DNA of 64,000 nucleotides from Alphaproteobacteria bacterium (GTDB lineage: Bacteria; Pseudomonadota; Alphaproteobacteria; SP197), in the NCBI GenBank assembly GCA_965228895.1, contig OZ245842.1:3680001-3744000 (forward strand), read 5' to 3'. Every line of letters starts with the position of its first letter. The first letter of the stretch is position 1. The translations under genes and the position numbers were made by a program. A model generated the notes under the pieces. That model made no database searches and had not been told where the DNA came from. It saw only the letters and a list, made by a program, of their open reading frames with translations. Positions 48,315 to 58,709 of this stretch are shown one piece after another.

Positions 48315-48755
48315 TTAGTTTCGTGCATCCGGTCCGTGTCGAAAACTCACGGCCATACGATTCCATGCGTTCATCGTTGCGATGATAAGCGTCAGGTCGA
48401 CAATCTGATGCTCGGAAAAGTGCTCTTGCAGATGAGCGTAGAGTTCATCAGGCGCATGGGTTTCGGAAAGTAGCGTCACCGCTTCGGCCCATGCGAAGGC
48501 GGCTTTCTCGCCGTCGCTGAAGAACGGGCTTTCGCGCCACACGGTGACACAATCCAGTCGCTGTTGGGTTTCTCCCTCAGCCCTCGCCTGTGTCGCATGA
48601 AGGTCGACGCAATAGGCACAACCGTTGATCTGGGAGACCCGCAGCTCAACGAGCGCCCGCAGTTTGCCGTCGATCGACGTCATATGTTTGTTGATGGCCA
48701 TAAGTCCGGCGATGGCCTTCGGGTTAACCGCCGCGTAGTCGATCCGATCGATCAT
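48315..48755 (-). CDS. Carboxymuconolactone decarboxylase/AhpD family protein
   Basis: LVELRVSQINGCAYCVDLH, W.E...F...EKAA..WAEAVT, NAWNR. Confidence 0.92.
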   Translation of the reverse strand: MIDRIDYAAVNPKAIAGLMAINKHMTSIDGKLRALVELRVSQINGCAYCVDLHATQARAEGETQQRLDCVTVWRESPFFSDGEKAAFAWAEAVTLLSETHAPDELYAHLQEHFSEHQIVDLTLIIATMNAWNRMAVSFRHGPDARN

Positions 48756-48804
48756 TGTTCGTGATCCTCCGACAATCGTCATTTAGTATCAAAGCACGAA
48801 CAAC

Positions 48805-48822
48805 ATATAAGAGCTCTGATAT
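48805..48822. promoter_or_regulatory. Putative MarR operator
   Basis: Imperfect palindrome ATATAAGAGCTCTGATAT between divergent CMD and MarR genes. Confidence 0.5.
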
Positions 48823-48823
48823 T

Positions 48824-49297
48824 ATGGTCAAGAGACGGAACACGAAGGGGCCGCCGGATATCGGCCGGGGCAAACGCGGCGAGGAAGGTTATCTGGGCTA
48901 CCTGCTGCATCAGGCCGCCCACATTTACCGCAACCGTGCTGATAAGGTGTTGACCGACCTGGGGATCACGACGCCGCAGTACACGGTGTTGACCATGCTG
49001 GCTGCTTATCCCGAACTATCCGGGGCCGGTATCGCTCGCTTGGCGTTCGTCACGCCCCAGACTGTCAGCGTTGTTGTCGCCAACCTTGAAAAGCGCGGCG
49101 CGATTTCGCGCCGGCCACACCCGGTCCACGGACGGATTCAAAACCTTGACCTGACCGATGACGGCCGCGCTCTGCTCAAGGCAGCGCGGACACGGATGCA
49201 CGCCCTTGAACGCGATTTGACCGCCGGCATGTCCGCTGACGAGGAGCAGGTTGTCAGGCGTTGGCTGGTGCACACAGCCGTCGCGGACGCCGGCTAG
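48824..49297 (+). CDS. MarR family regulator
   Basis: LGITTPQY.VL, SGA.IAR...VTPQTV, LEKRG.I.R, LT..GR. Confidence 0.9.
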   Translation: MVKRRNTKGPPDIGRGKRGEEGYLGYLLHQAAHIYRNRADKVLTDLGITTPQYTVLTMLAAYPELSGAGIARLAFVTPQTVSVVVANLEKRGAISRRPHPVHGRIQNLDLTDDGRALLKAARTRMHALERDLTAGMSADEEQVVRRWLVHTAVADAG

Positions 49298-50166
49298 CCG
49301 CCGCGGCGCGAGGTCTCGTAGGCCGCGGACGCCTCATAGTACGCGTCGAAACCAATCCGTCGGCGCAGTTCACCAAAGCCCATCAGCCGTCTGTGGCGCG
49401 GCTGTCCTTCGGCCATGTCGGCCAGGGTTTCGACCATCGCCTGCATGGCGGCGGCCATCAGACTCAGCGGATAGACCGCCAGGCGGAACCCGATGTCGTG
49501 CAGCTCGTCGGGCGGCAAGTCCGGCGTATGGCCACCTTCGATGATGTTGGCCATCTTCGGTCCAGGCAGATTGTCGCAGATGGCGCGCATCTCCGTCTCG
49601 TCCTTCGGCGCTTCGACGAACAGGATGTCCGCTCCCAATTCGGCGAAGACCTCGGCGCGGTGCAGCGCTTCACTCAGCCCCAGCGTCTCGCGCGCGTCGG
49701 TTCGCGCCAGGATCAAGGTGTCGGCGCCGGCATCCCGCGCGTCGATCGCAGCGCGGACGCGGTCAAACGCCTCCTGGCGCCCGACCACCTCTTTACCGGG
49801 CGTATGGCCGCACCGTTTGGGGGCAAGCTGGTCCTCGATCATCACCGCGGCGCCACCCGCGTGCGCTGCGCCCGTCACGGTGCGCCGCACGTTCATCGCG
49901 TTGCCGTAGCCGGTATCGCCGTCCACGATCAACGGGATCGTAATGGCTTCACGGATGTTGCGCGCCTGATCGATAACCTCGCCATAACTCATCAGGCCCA
50001 GATCCGGCTCGCCGATACGGCTGGCCGAGGCGGCGAAACCGGACATGAAGGTCATCTCAAAACCCGCCTGCTCGATAAGCTTGGCCGACAGCGCATCGTA
50101 GCAGCAGGGCGTCGTGAAAAGACGGTCCTGCTCGAGCAGGGAACGCAGGCGATTGGCAGGTGTCAT
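49294..50166 (-). CDS. Isocitrate lyase/PEP mutase family lyase (methylisocitrate lyase-like)
   Basis: YDALSA, SGF, PDLG, DGDTGYG, IEDQ..PKRCGH, ARTDA. Confidence 0.88.
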   Translation of the reverse strand: MTPANRLRSLLEQDRLFTTPCCYDALSAKLIEQAGFEMTFMSGFAASASRIGEPDLGLMSYGEVIDQARNIREAITIPLIVDGDTGYGNAMNVRRTVTGAAHAGGAAVMIEDQLAPKRCGHTPGKEVVGRQEAFDRVRAAIDARDAGADTLILARTDARETLGLSEALHRAEVFAELGADILFVEAPKDETEMRAICDNLPGPKMANIIEGGHTPDLPPDELHDIGFRLAVYPLSLMAAAMQAMVETLADMAEGQPRHRRLMGFGELRRRIGFDAYYEASAAYETSRRGG

Positions 50167-50253
50167 GATGTTCTCGTCCTCTTGTCGACGCTACAGGTTA
50201 CGGTGACCCTGGATCGGCCGCCCGGCGTAAGAGCACGTGCAGCGGAGTTCAAG

Positions 50254-51183
50254 TCAGGATTTTCCGAGCACGATCAGGTTGTTGGCTTCGGGCAAGGCGA
50301 AATGGGCGCGGCAGGCGTCGGCAAACGCCTGGACCAGACGGCGCGGCTTGCCGCTCTGAAGGCCCAGAACAAGCCTGAGCGGCGGCGCCGGAGAGCGAAG
50401 TGGCACGGCGACCACGGCCTCGCCAGCATAGCTCACATCGGTCGCCGGCCGCATGTTCAAGAGTGCACCCCCAACGCCGGCGCCGACCAGGCTTCTCACC
50501 ATCTCCGTCGTCGAGGCCGTGGCGACAAAGGCAGCCTCGACCCCGTTGTTTTCGAGCAGCGCGCGGTAGTACTCGCTGGCAAACGGCAGGTCGAGCAGCA
50601 CCAAGGGCAGCTTGGCCAAGTCACGGAAGGTCACGGCGCGTTTCGATGCGAGCCGATGGTCACGGGATATCAGCAGATAAGGCGGTGCCTCGATCAACGT
50701 CTCCCATTCGATGCCCGGCCGCACGTTCTCAGCGACAAAGACAATGACCTCGAATATCCCGTCCAGCAAACCGCCCTGCGCGGCTTCGTTGTCGCACGCG
50801 ACGAAACTTATCCGGACTTCCGGATTGTCGCGGACCAACGGCCCAACAATGGCCGGCATGAACGCCGGCGCGACTGGCGCGTAGTAACCGACCGACAGTT
50901 TGCCCGATAACGCCGCCCGCAGTTCGGCGCCTTCCAGCATCAGGTTTTGGTACTCGTCCAGCAGGTGGCGGATCTTGCGCATCAACTCGATGCCGGCAGC
51001 GGTCGGTCTAACCCCCTTGGCCGGATAGCGCTGCAGGAGCTTCAGGTCGAACGCCTGCTCGACCTGCTCAACGGCACTTGCGACAGCCGAGGGAACGACA
51101 TGGAGTTGATCGGCAGCCCGCGCAATCGAGCGATGCTCGGCGGCAGCGAGAAAATAGGAAAGAGCCTTGATCGAGAGGCGCAT
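50254..51183 (-). CDS. LysR family regulator
   Basis: YFLAAAEHRSIARAADQLHV.PSAV HTH; EMVRSLVGAG.G. Confidence 0.9.
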   Translation of the reverse strand: MRLSIKALSYFLAAAEHRSIARAADQLHVVPSAVASAVEQVEQAFDLKLLQRYPAKGVRPTAAGIELMRKIRHLLDEYQNLMLEGAELRAALSGKLSVGYYAPVAPAFMPAIVGPLVRDNPEVRISFVACDNEAAQGGLLDGIFEVIVFVAENVRPGIEWETLIEAPPYLLISRDHRLASKRAVTFRDLAKLPLVLLDLPFASEYYRALLENNGVEAAFVATASTTEMVRSLVGAGVGGALLNMRPATDVSYAGEAVVAVPLRSPAPPLRLVLGLQSGKPRRLVQAFADACRAHFALPEANNLIVLGKS

Positions 51184-51302
51184 CAGGGGCTGTTTGCGTT
51201 CCCATAGATCTATTTTCTTGATGTTATTATACGTAAAGACCAGTTTTTCAAGACTTAGACAATGCGCCTAGGCTTGTCCGGTTGAACAGCCACGGCACCA
51301 CG

Positions 51303-52325
51303 ATGAGCATCCAAGACACCGCCACACCCGCCCGCCGACACCGCGGCAACGGTTTCGCCAGTCAGTGGCACTATCGCCCGGACGTGCCGATCCAGGTCTC
51401 GCCCCTGTTCGCCTGGCCGCCGGAACCGTTGAAGATGGCGCGCTGGATTTGGGGCTCATGGTTCGTCGTCACCGAACGATCGATCCTGGTCATCGTGGCG
51501 CTGTTGTCCTGGTTCTATGTTCAGCCACCGCTTGAGGTAACCCAGGATCTGGCCTTCGGATGGATTGCCGAGATCTATCTGCGCAACCTCGCCCTCATGA
51601 CCGTTGTGGCCGGCGGCCTGCATCTCTACTTCCACACCTTCCGCCGCCAGGGCGACCGGCGGCGGTTTGACGCCCGGGAACTCGCCGGCAACCAACGCGG
51701 ATTCACGCTGGGCAGCCAATTGCGTGACAACATGGTCTGGACGCTGACCAGCGGCGTTGCGATCTGGACGGCCTATGAGGTCCTGATGTTCTGGGCGATG
51801 GCGAACGGCTTTGCGCCGGTTCTGCTGTGGGACGACAGTCCGGTCTGGTTCGCCGCCCTGTTTTTCCTGACGCCGATCTGGATATCGTTTCATTTCTACT
51901 GGGTGCATCGCTGGCTACATTGGCCGCCGCTCTACAAACGCGCCCATGCCCTGCACCACCGCAATATCAACGTCGGTCCGTGGTCGGGGCTATCCATGCA
52001 CCCGATCGAACACGTGATCTTCTTCTCGTCGATCCTGATCCACTTCATTATCGCCGCCCATCCGATCCACATCCTCTTCCACATGCAGCACCAGGCGCTG
52101 ACCGCGGCGACTTCTCATACCGGTTTCGAAGGGTTGACGGTGAAGGACAAGAACCGCTTGGCACTCGGCACGTTCCATCACCAGATGCACCACCGCTACT
52201 TCCGCTGCAATTACGGCAATCTGGAAATGCCGTGGGACAAGTGGTTCGGTTCGTTCCACGACGGTACCGAAGCCGCCCATGAGCGAATGAAAACCAGCTG
52301 GCGTAAGACAGCCACCAAACACTGA
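51303..52325 (+). CDS. Sterol desaturase/fatty acid hydroxylase family protein
   Basis: His boxes FYWVHRWLH, HALHH, HP.E, HTG, HHQMHH; CNYG, WDKWFG. Confidence 0.9.
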   Translation: MSIQDTATPARRHRGNGFASQWHYRPDVPIQVSPLFAWPPEPLKMARWIWGSWFVVTERSILVIVALLSWFYVQPPLEVTQDLAFGWIAEIYLRNLALMTVVAGGLHLYFHTFRRQGDRRRFDARELAGNQRGFTLGSQLRDNMVWTLTSGVAIWTAYEVLMFWAMANGFAPVLLWDDSPVWFAALFFLTPIWISFHFYWVHRWLHWPPLYKRAHALHHRNINVGPWSGLSMHPIEHVIFFSSILIHFIIAAHPIHILFHMQHQALTAATSHTGFEGLTVKDKNRLALGTFHHQMHHRYFRCNYGNLEMPWDKWFGSFHDGTEAAHERMKTSWRKTATKH

Positions 52326-52456
52326 AGGCAATCGGCGCTAGGCCCCGACTTGATGCTGATGGCTGCAGTCACATATCACTTGCGCCACCGCACCTTTCTG
52401 CAATTACATTGCTGCGCAGGCCAGGTCTTGGGCTGCAACAGCAGTGAGCAAAGACT

Positions 52457-53992
52457 ATGTCCCTGCCTGCAGGCCCGCATGTCGACACACGCCGCCCATT
52501 GAGCCGCACACTTCCCGACACCATCGGTGTGTTCGCGCTAGTTGTTGTGTTTTTCTGGTTGATGCAGGGCTTGATGCTCAACCACGACACAAGCTGGTAT
52601 TTGATCTCGACCGGTTGGTGGCTGGATGGCGCACGCATCGGCGAAGAAATCGTAGAGTTGAACCCACCGCTTGCCCAGTACTTGACCGTACCGCCAGTCC
52701 TCATCGCGCGTCTCGCCGATATGGATTCCACCCAGGTGATGGTCATTTACATCGCCGCCATCTGGTTTGTATCTGCCGTCTGGTTCAACACCATCATCGC
52801 GCGATGCCATTGGGTTTCTAGTGTTGAGCGGCGCATCTTTCTCGTTGTCGCTTGCGTATCTCTGTTTCTTCTGGGCCTCAAAGACTTTGCTGAACGCGAC
52901 TACCTTATGATTGTGCTGGCGTTGCCGTACTTTTCCCTTGTGTCGTTTCAACCAGACAAGACCCAACTGGCCCCAATGGAGCGGACATTGATCGGCCTCT
53001 TCGCTGTCCTCGGTTTGGCCCTGAAACCCTACTTTCTTATCTTCCCCGCAACGCTCACGCTTGTTGAAGTCGTGCGCCGGCGATCGCTGGCTCCGGTGAT
53101 TGAGGCACAGAATCTGGCGATCCTGTTTGGATGTGCCGCCTACCTCGCTACCGTCGTCGCGCTTCATCCCGCTTACTTTGAGATCATTGTACCGAAAGCT
53201 TGGGTTACATACGACGCGTTCGGCAGCCACGCCGTCGTTATCGTACACAGGGCACTTCCTGTGTATCTCGCCTGGATCCTCGCACTCTACGGTTTGACCA
53301 AGCTGACGGAGGAAAGATTTGATGTCGCCCTGCGTCTTCTGGTCGCCGCGCTTGCCGGCCTGGTGACATTCTTCGTTCAATTCAAGGGGTGGACATACCA
53401 GCTCGTACCCGCCGCTTTTCTTACTTTTCTGGCGTGTGCATGGGTAGTGATGGGGCTTCTGAAGGATCGTCGCAACCGAGTAAGTGCAGGCGCGCTTGCC
53501 ATTGCAATAGCCGTTTTGCTGGTCACACCTCCCGTCTCACGAGGCGCTTACAAGAACGTCTATCCCGATGCTCTCATCCCGTTCTTCAAAAATGAGCCTG
53601 GCGCGCGAAGCTTCCTTGCTTTGACGACAAACGTATCGGTGAGTTTTCCCATGGCCAACATGGCGGGGGCCGAACCGGTTAGCCGGTTTCCTGCGTTGTG
53701 GGTAATTCCAGGCGCCGTCGCGCGGCTCGCGCAAGAAGATCTGTCCGCGCAAGAAAAGTTTCAACTAAGTGGCTTGCTCGCTTACGCCCGCCAAGCAACA
53801 GTTGAGGACTTCGTTCGTGGTGTACCGGAACTCGTTCTTGTCGATGAAAGGGACGAGAAACCCTATTTCCAAGGCAACGCCTTTGACTACTTGGCCTTTT
53901 TTCGGGCTGATCCTCAGTTCGAAACGCTATGGCAGCGCTATCGATACATCGGTTCGACCTGGAATTTCGACGTTTACCGTTTAGAAGACTAG
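52457..53992 (+). CDS. Polytopic membrane protein, probable GT-C fold glycosyltransferase (GtrC/GtrII-like)
   Basis: LNHDTSWY after TM1, E.NPPL, FAERD, LKPYF, about 11 TM helices; adjacent to GtrB-like and GtrA genes. Confidence 0.6.
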   Translation: MSLPAGPHVDTRRPLSRTLPDTIGVFALVVVFFWLMQGLMLNHDTSWYLISTGWWLDGARIGEEIVELNPPLAQYLTVPPVLIARLADMDSTQVMVIYIAAIWFVSAVWFNTIIARCHWVSSVERRIFLVVACVSLFLLGLKDFAERDYLMIVLALPYFSLVSFQPDKTQLAPMERTLIGLFAVLGLALKPYFLIFPATLTLVEVVRRRSLAPVIEAQNLAILFGCAAYLATVVALHPAYFEIIVPKAWVTYDAFGSHAVVIVHRALPVYLAWILALYGLTKLTEERFDVALRLLVAALAGLVTFFVQFKGWTYQLVPAAFLTFLACAWVVMGLLKDRRNRVSAGALAIAIAVLLVTPPVSRGAYKNVYPDALIPFFKNEPGARSFLALTTNVSVSFPMANMAGAEPVSRFPALWVIPGAVARLAQEDLSAQEKFQLSGLLAYARQATVEDFVRGVPELVLVDERDEKPYFQGNAFDYLAFFRADPQFETLWQRYRYIGSTWNFDVYRLED

Positions 53993-54135
53993 CTTCTGCG
54001 GGCCTGGTCCTCGAGACGGAGGTCGCGGGTAAGGTTGAACGTGGAGCACATCAAAGCGAGTATTCGCGCTGGGACGATAGGTGTGCGCTGTTCCAAGAGA
54101 CGTCGCGGGGATCACGAGCGTGGGGGCGTAGACTG

Positions 54136-55152
54136 TTGACAACGGAGACTTCTTCCCGGACCGGCCTGGTCGGGCTATCGGTCGTCGTACCGTGTTACAA
54201 TGAAGAGAAGGTGCTGCGCGAACTCCACAATCGCCTTACGTCAGTTTGCCGATCGTGCATGGGTGAGGACTACGAGTTGGTTTTCGTCAGCGATGGGTCG
54301 CGCGACCAGACATGGTCCATGATCAAGACCATGTCGCGCGACGATCCGCGCATTGTCGGCGTCAACCTGTCGCGGAACTTCGGTCATCAGTTGGCTTTAA
54401 CCGCCGGGCTCTCGGTCTGCCAAGGCAAACGCATCCTGATCATCGACGCTGACCTCCAAGACCCCCCGGAACTTCTGGCCGACATGCTGGCGCTCGCCGA
54501 TCAGGGCGCCGACGTCGTTTATGGCCAGCGTCGGACACGAGACGGCGAAACCTGGTTTAAGCGGTCTTCAGCGTCGGTGTTCTATCGCGTGCTCAGGCGT
54601 ATGACCGACATCGACATCCCCGTCGACACTGGCGACTTTCGCCTGATGAGCCGGCGTGCAATGGAATCGTTGCAGGCTATGCCCGAGCAGTTTCGCTTTA
54701 TCCGCGGCATGGTTGCTTGGATCGGGTACAAGCAGGTCGCCTTGCCTTACGACCGCGCGGAACGTTTCGCCGACGAGACGAAGTATTCCTTGAAGAAGAT
54801 GATCTTCTTCTCGCTTGATGCCATTACCGGTTTCTCTACTCGGCCGCTCAGAATGGCGATCTACGTCGGCATTACCCTCGGGCTTCTTTCGCTTACGATG
54901 GTTCTGTTCACGCTCTACAGCTGGATGGTCGGCGACGTGATCCCCGGTTGGACGAGCGTGATGACCGTGATGCTGATCCTTGGCAGCGCCAACATGCTGT
55001 TCCTTGGTGTGATCGGCGAGTATCTGGGACGGCTGTTCCTGGAAGCCAAGCGGCGCCCTCTCTTCATCATCGACGAGCTTGCGCAAGGCGGCGAAACAGC
55101 GCACGCGCCAATGTCGGATGAGAAAACGCCGACGGCGCAAATGGGGCCGTGA
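54136..55152 (+). CDS. GT2 polyprenol-phosphate glycosyltransferase (GtrB-like)
   Basis: SVVVPCYNEE, DGSRD, LSRNFGHQ, DADLQDPPE, GDFRLMSR, two C-terminal TMs, LGVIGEYLGR, KRRP. Confidence 0.9.
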   Translation: MTTETSSRTGLVGLSVVVPCYNEEKVLRELHNRLTSVCRSCMGEDYELVFVSDGSRDQTWSMIKTMSRDDPRIVGVNLSRNFGHQLALTAGLSVCQGKRILIIDADLQDPPELLADMLALADQGADVVYGQRRTRDGETWFKRSSASVFYRVLRRMTDIDIPVDTGDFRLMSRRAMESLQAMPEQFRFIRGMVAWIGYKQVALPYDRAERFADETKYSLKKMIFFSLDAITGFSTRPLRMAIYVGITLGLLSLTMVLFTLYSWMVGDVIPGWTSVMTVMLILGSANMLFLGVIGEYLGRLFLEAKRRPLFIIDELAQGGETAHAPMSDEKTPTAQMGP

Positions 55153-55153
55153 T

Positions 55154-55855
55154 GTGAGGAAGGCCGAATTCGACAAGTTTGCGGACGAATACCTTGCCAC
55201 GCATACGGCGAACATCCGGGCCTCGGGCGAAAGCCCAGCCTATTTTGCTGAGTACAAGATCAAAGACATCGCAGCAGCACTTCGCGGCCGCGGGCCTATC
55301 AAGGACATCCTCGATTTCGGCGGCGGTATCGGTGCATCGGTGCCCTATGTGCGACAGCACTTTCCCGACGCCGTTCTGACCTGCCTTGACGTTTCCAATC
55401 GAAGTCTTGACCTGGCACGTGACAGGCATGGTGAAAGCGCGCGGTTCGTTCACTTCGACGGCCACGAAATTCCATTTTCCAGCAACACCTTCGATGTTGC
55501 CTTTGCTGCGTGTGTGTTTCACCACATCGACGCGGCGGAACATAACGCGCTGCTTCGAGAGCTCTGGCGCGTCCTGCGACCAGGCGGTCATGCGTTCGTG
55601 TTTGAGCACAACCCATACAACCCACTAACGCGGCACGCGGTAAACACTTGCGAGTTTGACAAGAACGCTCTGTTGATAACAGGGCAGTCCATGCGGCGTG
55701 CCTTCAAGACGGCCGGTTTTCGCGGCGCACGCTTGCGTTATCGAATCTTCTTTCCCAGACGGTTGTCGGCCTTGCGCGGGGTCGAACCCTATCTCACTTG
55801 GTTGCCGCTAGGCGCCCAGTACTTTGTTGTCGGAACCAGAGCAATCCTCCGATGA
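55154..55855 (+). CDS. Class I SAM-dependent methyltransferase
   Basis: ILDFGGGIG, CVFHHI, LRPGG, FEHNPYNPLTR, LGAQY. Confidence 0.88.
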   Translation: MRKAEFDKFADEYLATHTANIRASGESPAYFAEYKIKDIAAALRGRGPIKDILDFGGGIGASVPYVRQHFPDAVLTCLDVSNRSLDLARDRHGESARFVHFDGHEIPFSSNTFDVAFAACVFHHIDAAEHNALLRELWRVLRPGGHAFVFEHNPYNPLTRHAVNTCEFDKNALLITGQSMRRAFKTAGFRGARLRYRIFFPRRLSALRGVEPYLTWLPLGAQYFVVGTRAILR

Positions 55856-56247
55856 AACGGGAGTTCGTGCGCTTTCTTGTTGTCGGCACCGGCAATACAC
55901 TGGCCGGGCTGTTGGTCATCTTTGCCATGAAGGCATTGCTTGGCGCGAACGATATTGTGGCAAACGCCACTGGCTATCTGGTCGGCCTGTCACTGGGCTT
56001 CACGTTGAACCGCCTATGGACCTTTCGGCATCGAGGCGTTATCGCACCTGCCGCTGTGAAGTTTGCCGTCGCGTTCTTGCTCGCTTACGGCATCAACTTG
56101 GCTGTCGTGATGACTCTCATTCACAACTTCGGCGTAAACAGTTTTGTCGCCCAGGCGCTGGGCGTGCCGCCCTATACAATCGTATTTTTCCTGCTGAGTA
56201 AGCTTGTCGTCTTTCGACCGTCGAAGTCCGCGCCGCCATCAGTCTAA
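55852..56247 (+). CDS. gtrA: GtrA family flippase-like protein
   Basis: RFLVVG..NT, AN..GY, F.LNR.WTF, four TM helices, K..VF. Confidence 0.88.
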   Translation: MKREFVRFLVVGTGNTLAGLLVIFAMKALLGANDIVANATGYLVGLSLGFTLNRLWTFRHRGVIAPAAVKFAVAFLLAYGINLAVVMTLIHNFGVNSFVAQALGVPPYTIVFFLLSKLVVFRPSKSAPPSV

Positions 56248-56423
56248 ACCACCCTTATCCCGCTTTGACGAGTAGAACAGGGCTAATCGTCAAGTACTGT
56301 TGGTATCGGTTCAGGAAAGTTTGATCGAGAACACGGCTAGGCCCTATTTCAAACATCCGGAACAAAAACCACAGTATGTACAATGCAAACCGGGTCGTAT
56401 TTGTTAGTCCAAGGGAGTCCCCA

Positions 56424-57038
56424 ATGCTTGCCCGCCTTTCACTCGCCGTCTGCCTGTCCGCTGGCTTTTCCACGGCCGCCTTCAGTCAGGATGCCGCCAT
56501 GAGTTTCTTCATCACCAGCGAGAATCCCGGCCAGGGCGCCAATCTGGGCGGCCTCGCCGGCGCCGACGCCAATTGCACGACCCTTGCAGAGGCGGCAGGC
56601 GTCTCCGGCAAGACGTGGCGCGCCTATCTCTCGTCGAGCGCCGAAGACGCGAGGGACCGGATCGGCAGCGGCCCCTGGTACAACGCCGAAGGCGTCAAGA
56701 TTGCCGACGATATCGACGGCCTGCACAGCCAGGAAGACGGGCTGACCAAAACAACGGCGCTCAACGAGCGCGGCGAGATTGTCACCGGACGTGGCGACGA
56801 CCCCAACCGGCACGACATCCTGACCGGGTCCAATCTGGATGGACGCCTGGAGGGTAATGCCTGTGCCGACTGGACAAGCGACGGTGACGGCTCGGCCATG
56901 GTCGGCCATCATGATCGCACCGGCGGTGGTGCCAACCCGACGTCGTGGAATGCCGCCCACGCGTCGCGCGGCTGCAGTCTGGAAGACCTGCGCGGCACCG
57001 GTGGTGACGGCCTCTTCTATTGCTTTGCCATCGACTAA
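56424..57038 (+). CDS. Secreted C-type lectin/endostatin-like protein
   Basis: Signal peptide, NLGGLAGAD.NC, WRAYLS, ARDRIG.GPW, HDILTGS, C.DWTS, LFYCFA. Confidence 0.8.
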   Translation: MLARLSLAVCLSAGFSTAAFSQDAAMSFFITSENPGQGANLGGLAGADANCTTLAEAAGVSGKTWRAYLSSSAEDARDRIGSGPWYNAEGVKIADDIDGLHSQEDGLTKTTALNERGEIVTGRGDDPNRHDILTGSNLDGRLEGNACADWTSDGDGSAMVGHHDRTGGGANPTSWNAAHASRGCSLEDLRGTGGDGLFYCFAID

Positions 57039-57047
57039 GCGGCGCAA

Positions 57048-57938
57048 CTAACCAGCCGTCAGTTCCTCCGCCAGCCAGTCGAACACCAGGCGGACCCGTC
57101 GGCTGGTGTTGAGTTCGCGGTGGGCGACCAGCCAGACATCAATGACAAACGGATCGAACCAAGGTGTGGCGCGCCGTACCAGGGGCTCCACATCACCGAC
57201 CTGTTCGATCATGACCCCGATACCCATGCCTTGCTTGACCAGTTCCCAATGCACGAGATGGCTGGCTGTTGAGACAACGAAGTTCTTCGCGGACAGCGCC
57301 ATACCCCGTTCCATCAGGGTTTCCATGTAACGGTCGTTGTCTTGAAAGCCGATAAAGGACGCCTTCGCCATGTCCGTCGGACCGTCAAGGGCACCGACTT
57401 GTTCCAGATAGCCGACACTCGCGTAAAAGCGCACGACGACATCGTCGAGCCGTATGGCGATCAGATCGGGGTCCGTCGGCCGGGCACTGCGGATGGCGAT
57501 ATCGGCTTCGCGCCGGCGCAGGTCGCGAATGCTGTTCGACGCGACGACCTCGACCGTGATGCCGGGCTCGTGCGTGCGAAGTTTCGTCAGGATCGGGGGC
57601 AAGAGGAACGCCGACGTGACCTCGGTTGCCGTGATGGAGACGGTGCCTTCAATCGACTGCGATTGCCCCGACGCCGTCAGCGACACGCGGTTGGCCGCCT
57701 CGCCCATGGCGCGCGCATGCTCGACCAGCTCAAGGCCGCTCGGCGTCAGGGTCAGGCCCCGTCCGACCCGTTCGAACAGCACGACGCCCAGCTCCTCCTC
57801 CAGCGCGCTGACCTGACGCCCAACCGTTGGCTGCGCCATGCCCAGCGCGCGGGCGGCGGCCGACAGCGAGCCCTCCTCCGCGGTCACGAGAAAGGCCCGC
57901 GCGCGGTTCCAGTCGAATTTGATGGAGCGCCAATCCAT
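57048..57938 (-). CDS. LysR family regulator
   Basis: AFLVTAEEGSLSAAARALGMAQPTVGRQV, DLRRREADIAIR. Confidence 0.92.
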   Translation of the reverse strand: MDWRSIKFDWNRARAFLVTAEEGSLSAAARALGMAQPTVGRQVSALEEELGVVLFERVGRGLTLTPSGLELVEHARAMGEAANRVSLTASGQSQSIEGTVSITATEVTSAFLLPPILTKLRTHEPGITVEVVASNSIRDLRRREADIAIRSARPTDPDLIAIRLDDVVVRFYASVGYLEQVGALDGPTDMAKASFIGFQDNDRYMETLMERGMALSAKNFVVSTASHLVHWELVKQGMGIGVMIEQVGDVEPLVRRATPWFDPFVIDVWLVAHRELNTSRRVRLVFDWLAEELTAG

Positions 57939-58041
57939 GCATTTCTGCATACTAACTAGGCAGAGATTGTCAATTCCCGTCTTATCTTCGTAGAGATAAA
58001 AGCGCGCCCGAGTGGTTATTCTCAGCACGAAAGACATCGCC

Positions 58042-58695
58042 ATGACCGCCATCGACAATCAGGCAGCGCCCATGAAACCGTCAGCCAAGTTCTGGGACCG
58101 GCACGCCAAGGGCTATGCCAAACGTCCCGTCGCCAACCAGGCGGCCTACGAAGAGAAACTCCGTGTGACCCGGGGGTTCTTCCATCCCGACATGGAGGTC
58201 CTGGAGTTCGGCTGCGGCACCGGGTCCACGGCGCTTGCCCACGCACCCTTCGTGAAGCACATCCTGGCCACCGACATCTCCGCCAAGATGCTCGACATCG
58301 CCGAGGCTAAAGCCGAAGCAGGCGGCATCGAGAACGTGACATTCAAGCGCATAGCGTTCGATGACATCGCCGCGCCGGCCGACGGCTTCGACGCCATCCT
58401 AGGCTTGAGCATTCTGCATCTACTCGACGACCGCGATCCGGCGATCGCGAAGGTCTTTCAGATGCTTAAACCTGGCGGCATCTTCGTCTCCAGCACAGCG
58501 TGCCTGGGCGATACCATGAAGTGGTTCAAGCTCATCGCGCCGATCGGCCGGTTCTTCGGCCTGATCCCGCTCGTCAGGGTGTTCACCGAACAGGAGCTCG
58601 TCGCCAGCATCACCAACGGCGGCTTTCAGATCGCACACCAATGGCGACCGGATAAGAGCGTCGGTGTCTTTATCGTGGCGAAAAAGCCGGGCTGA
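58042..58695 (+). CDS. Class I SAM-dependent methyltransferase
   Basis: FWDR.A..Y, VLEFGCGTG, ILHLL, LKPGG. Confidence 0.88.
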   Translation: MTAIDNQAAPMKPSAKFWDRHAKGYAKRPVANQAAYEEKLRVTRGFFHPDMEVLEFGCGTGSTALAHAPFVKHILATDISAKMLDIAEAKAEAGGIENVTFKRIAFDDIAAPADGFDAILGLSILHLLDDRDPAIAKVFQMLKPGGIFVSSTACLGDTMKWFKLIAPIGRFFGLIPLVRVFTEQELVASITNGGFQIAHQWRPDKSVGVFIVAKKPG

Positions 58696-58709
58696 CCACG
58701 CGCGATGTC

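Noticed and set aside
37400-50166. Phosphonate biosynthesis inferred from two PEP mutase-family genes
   Set aside because: Neither has the PepM EDKxxxxxNS motif; one has the KRCGH lyase motif
56248-56420. A third duplicated-3'-end scar at the gtr cassette boundary
   Set aside because: No copy of the desaturase 3' end or other direct repeat could be found by eye
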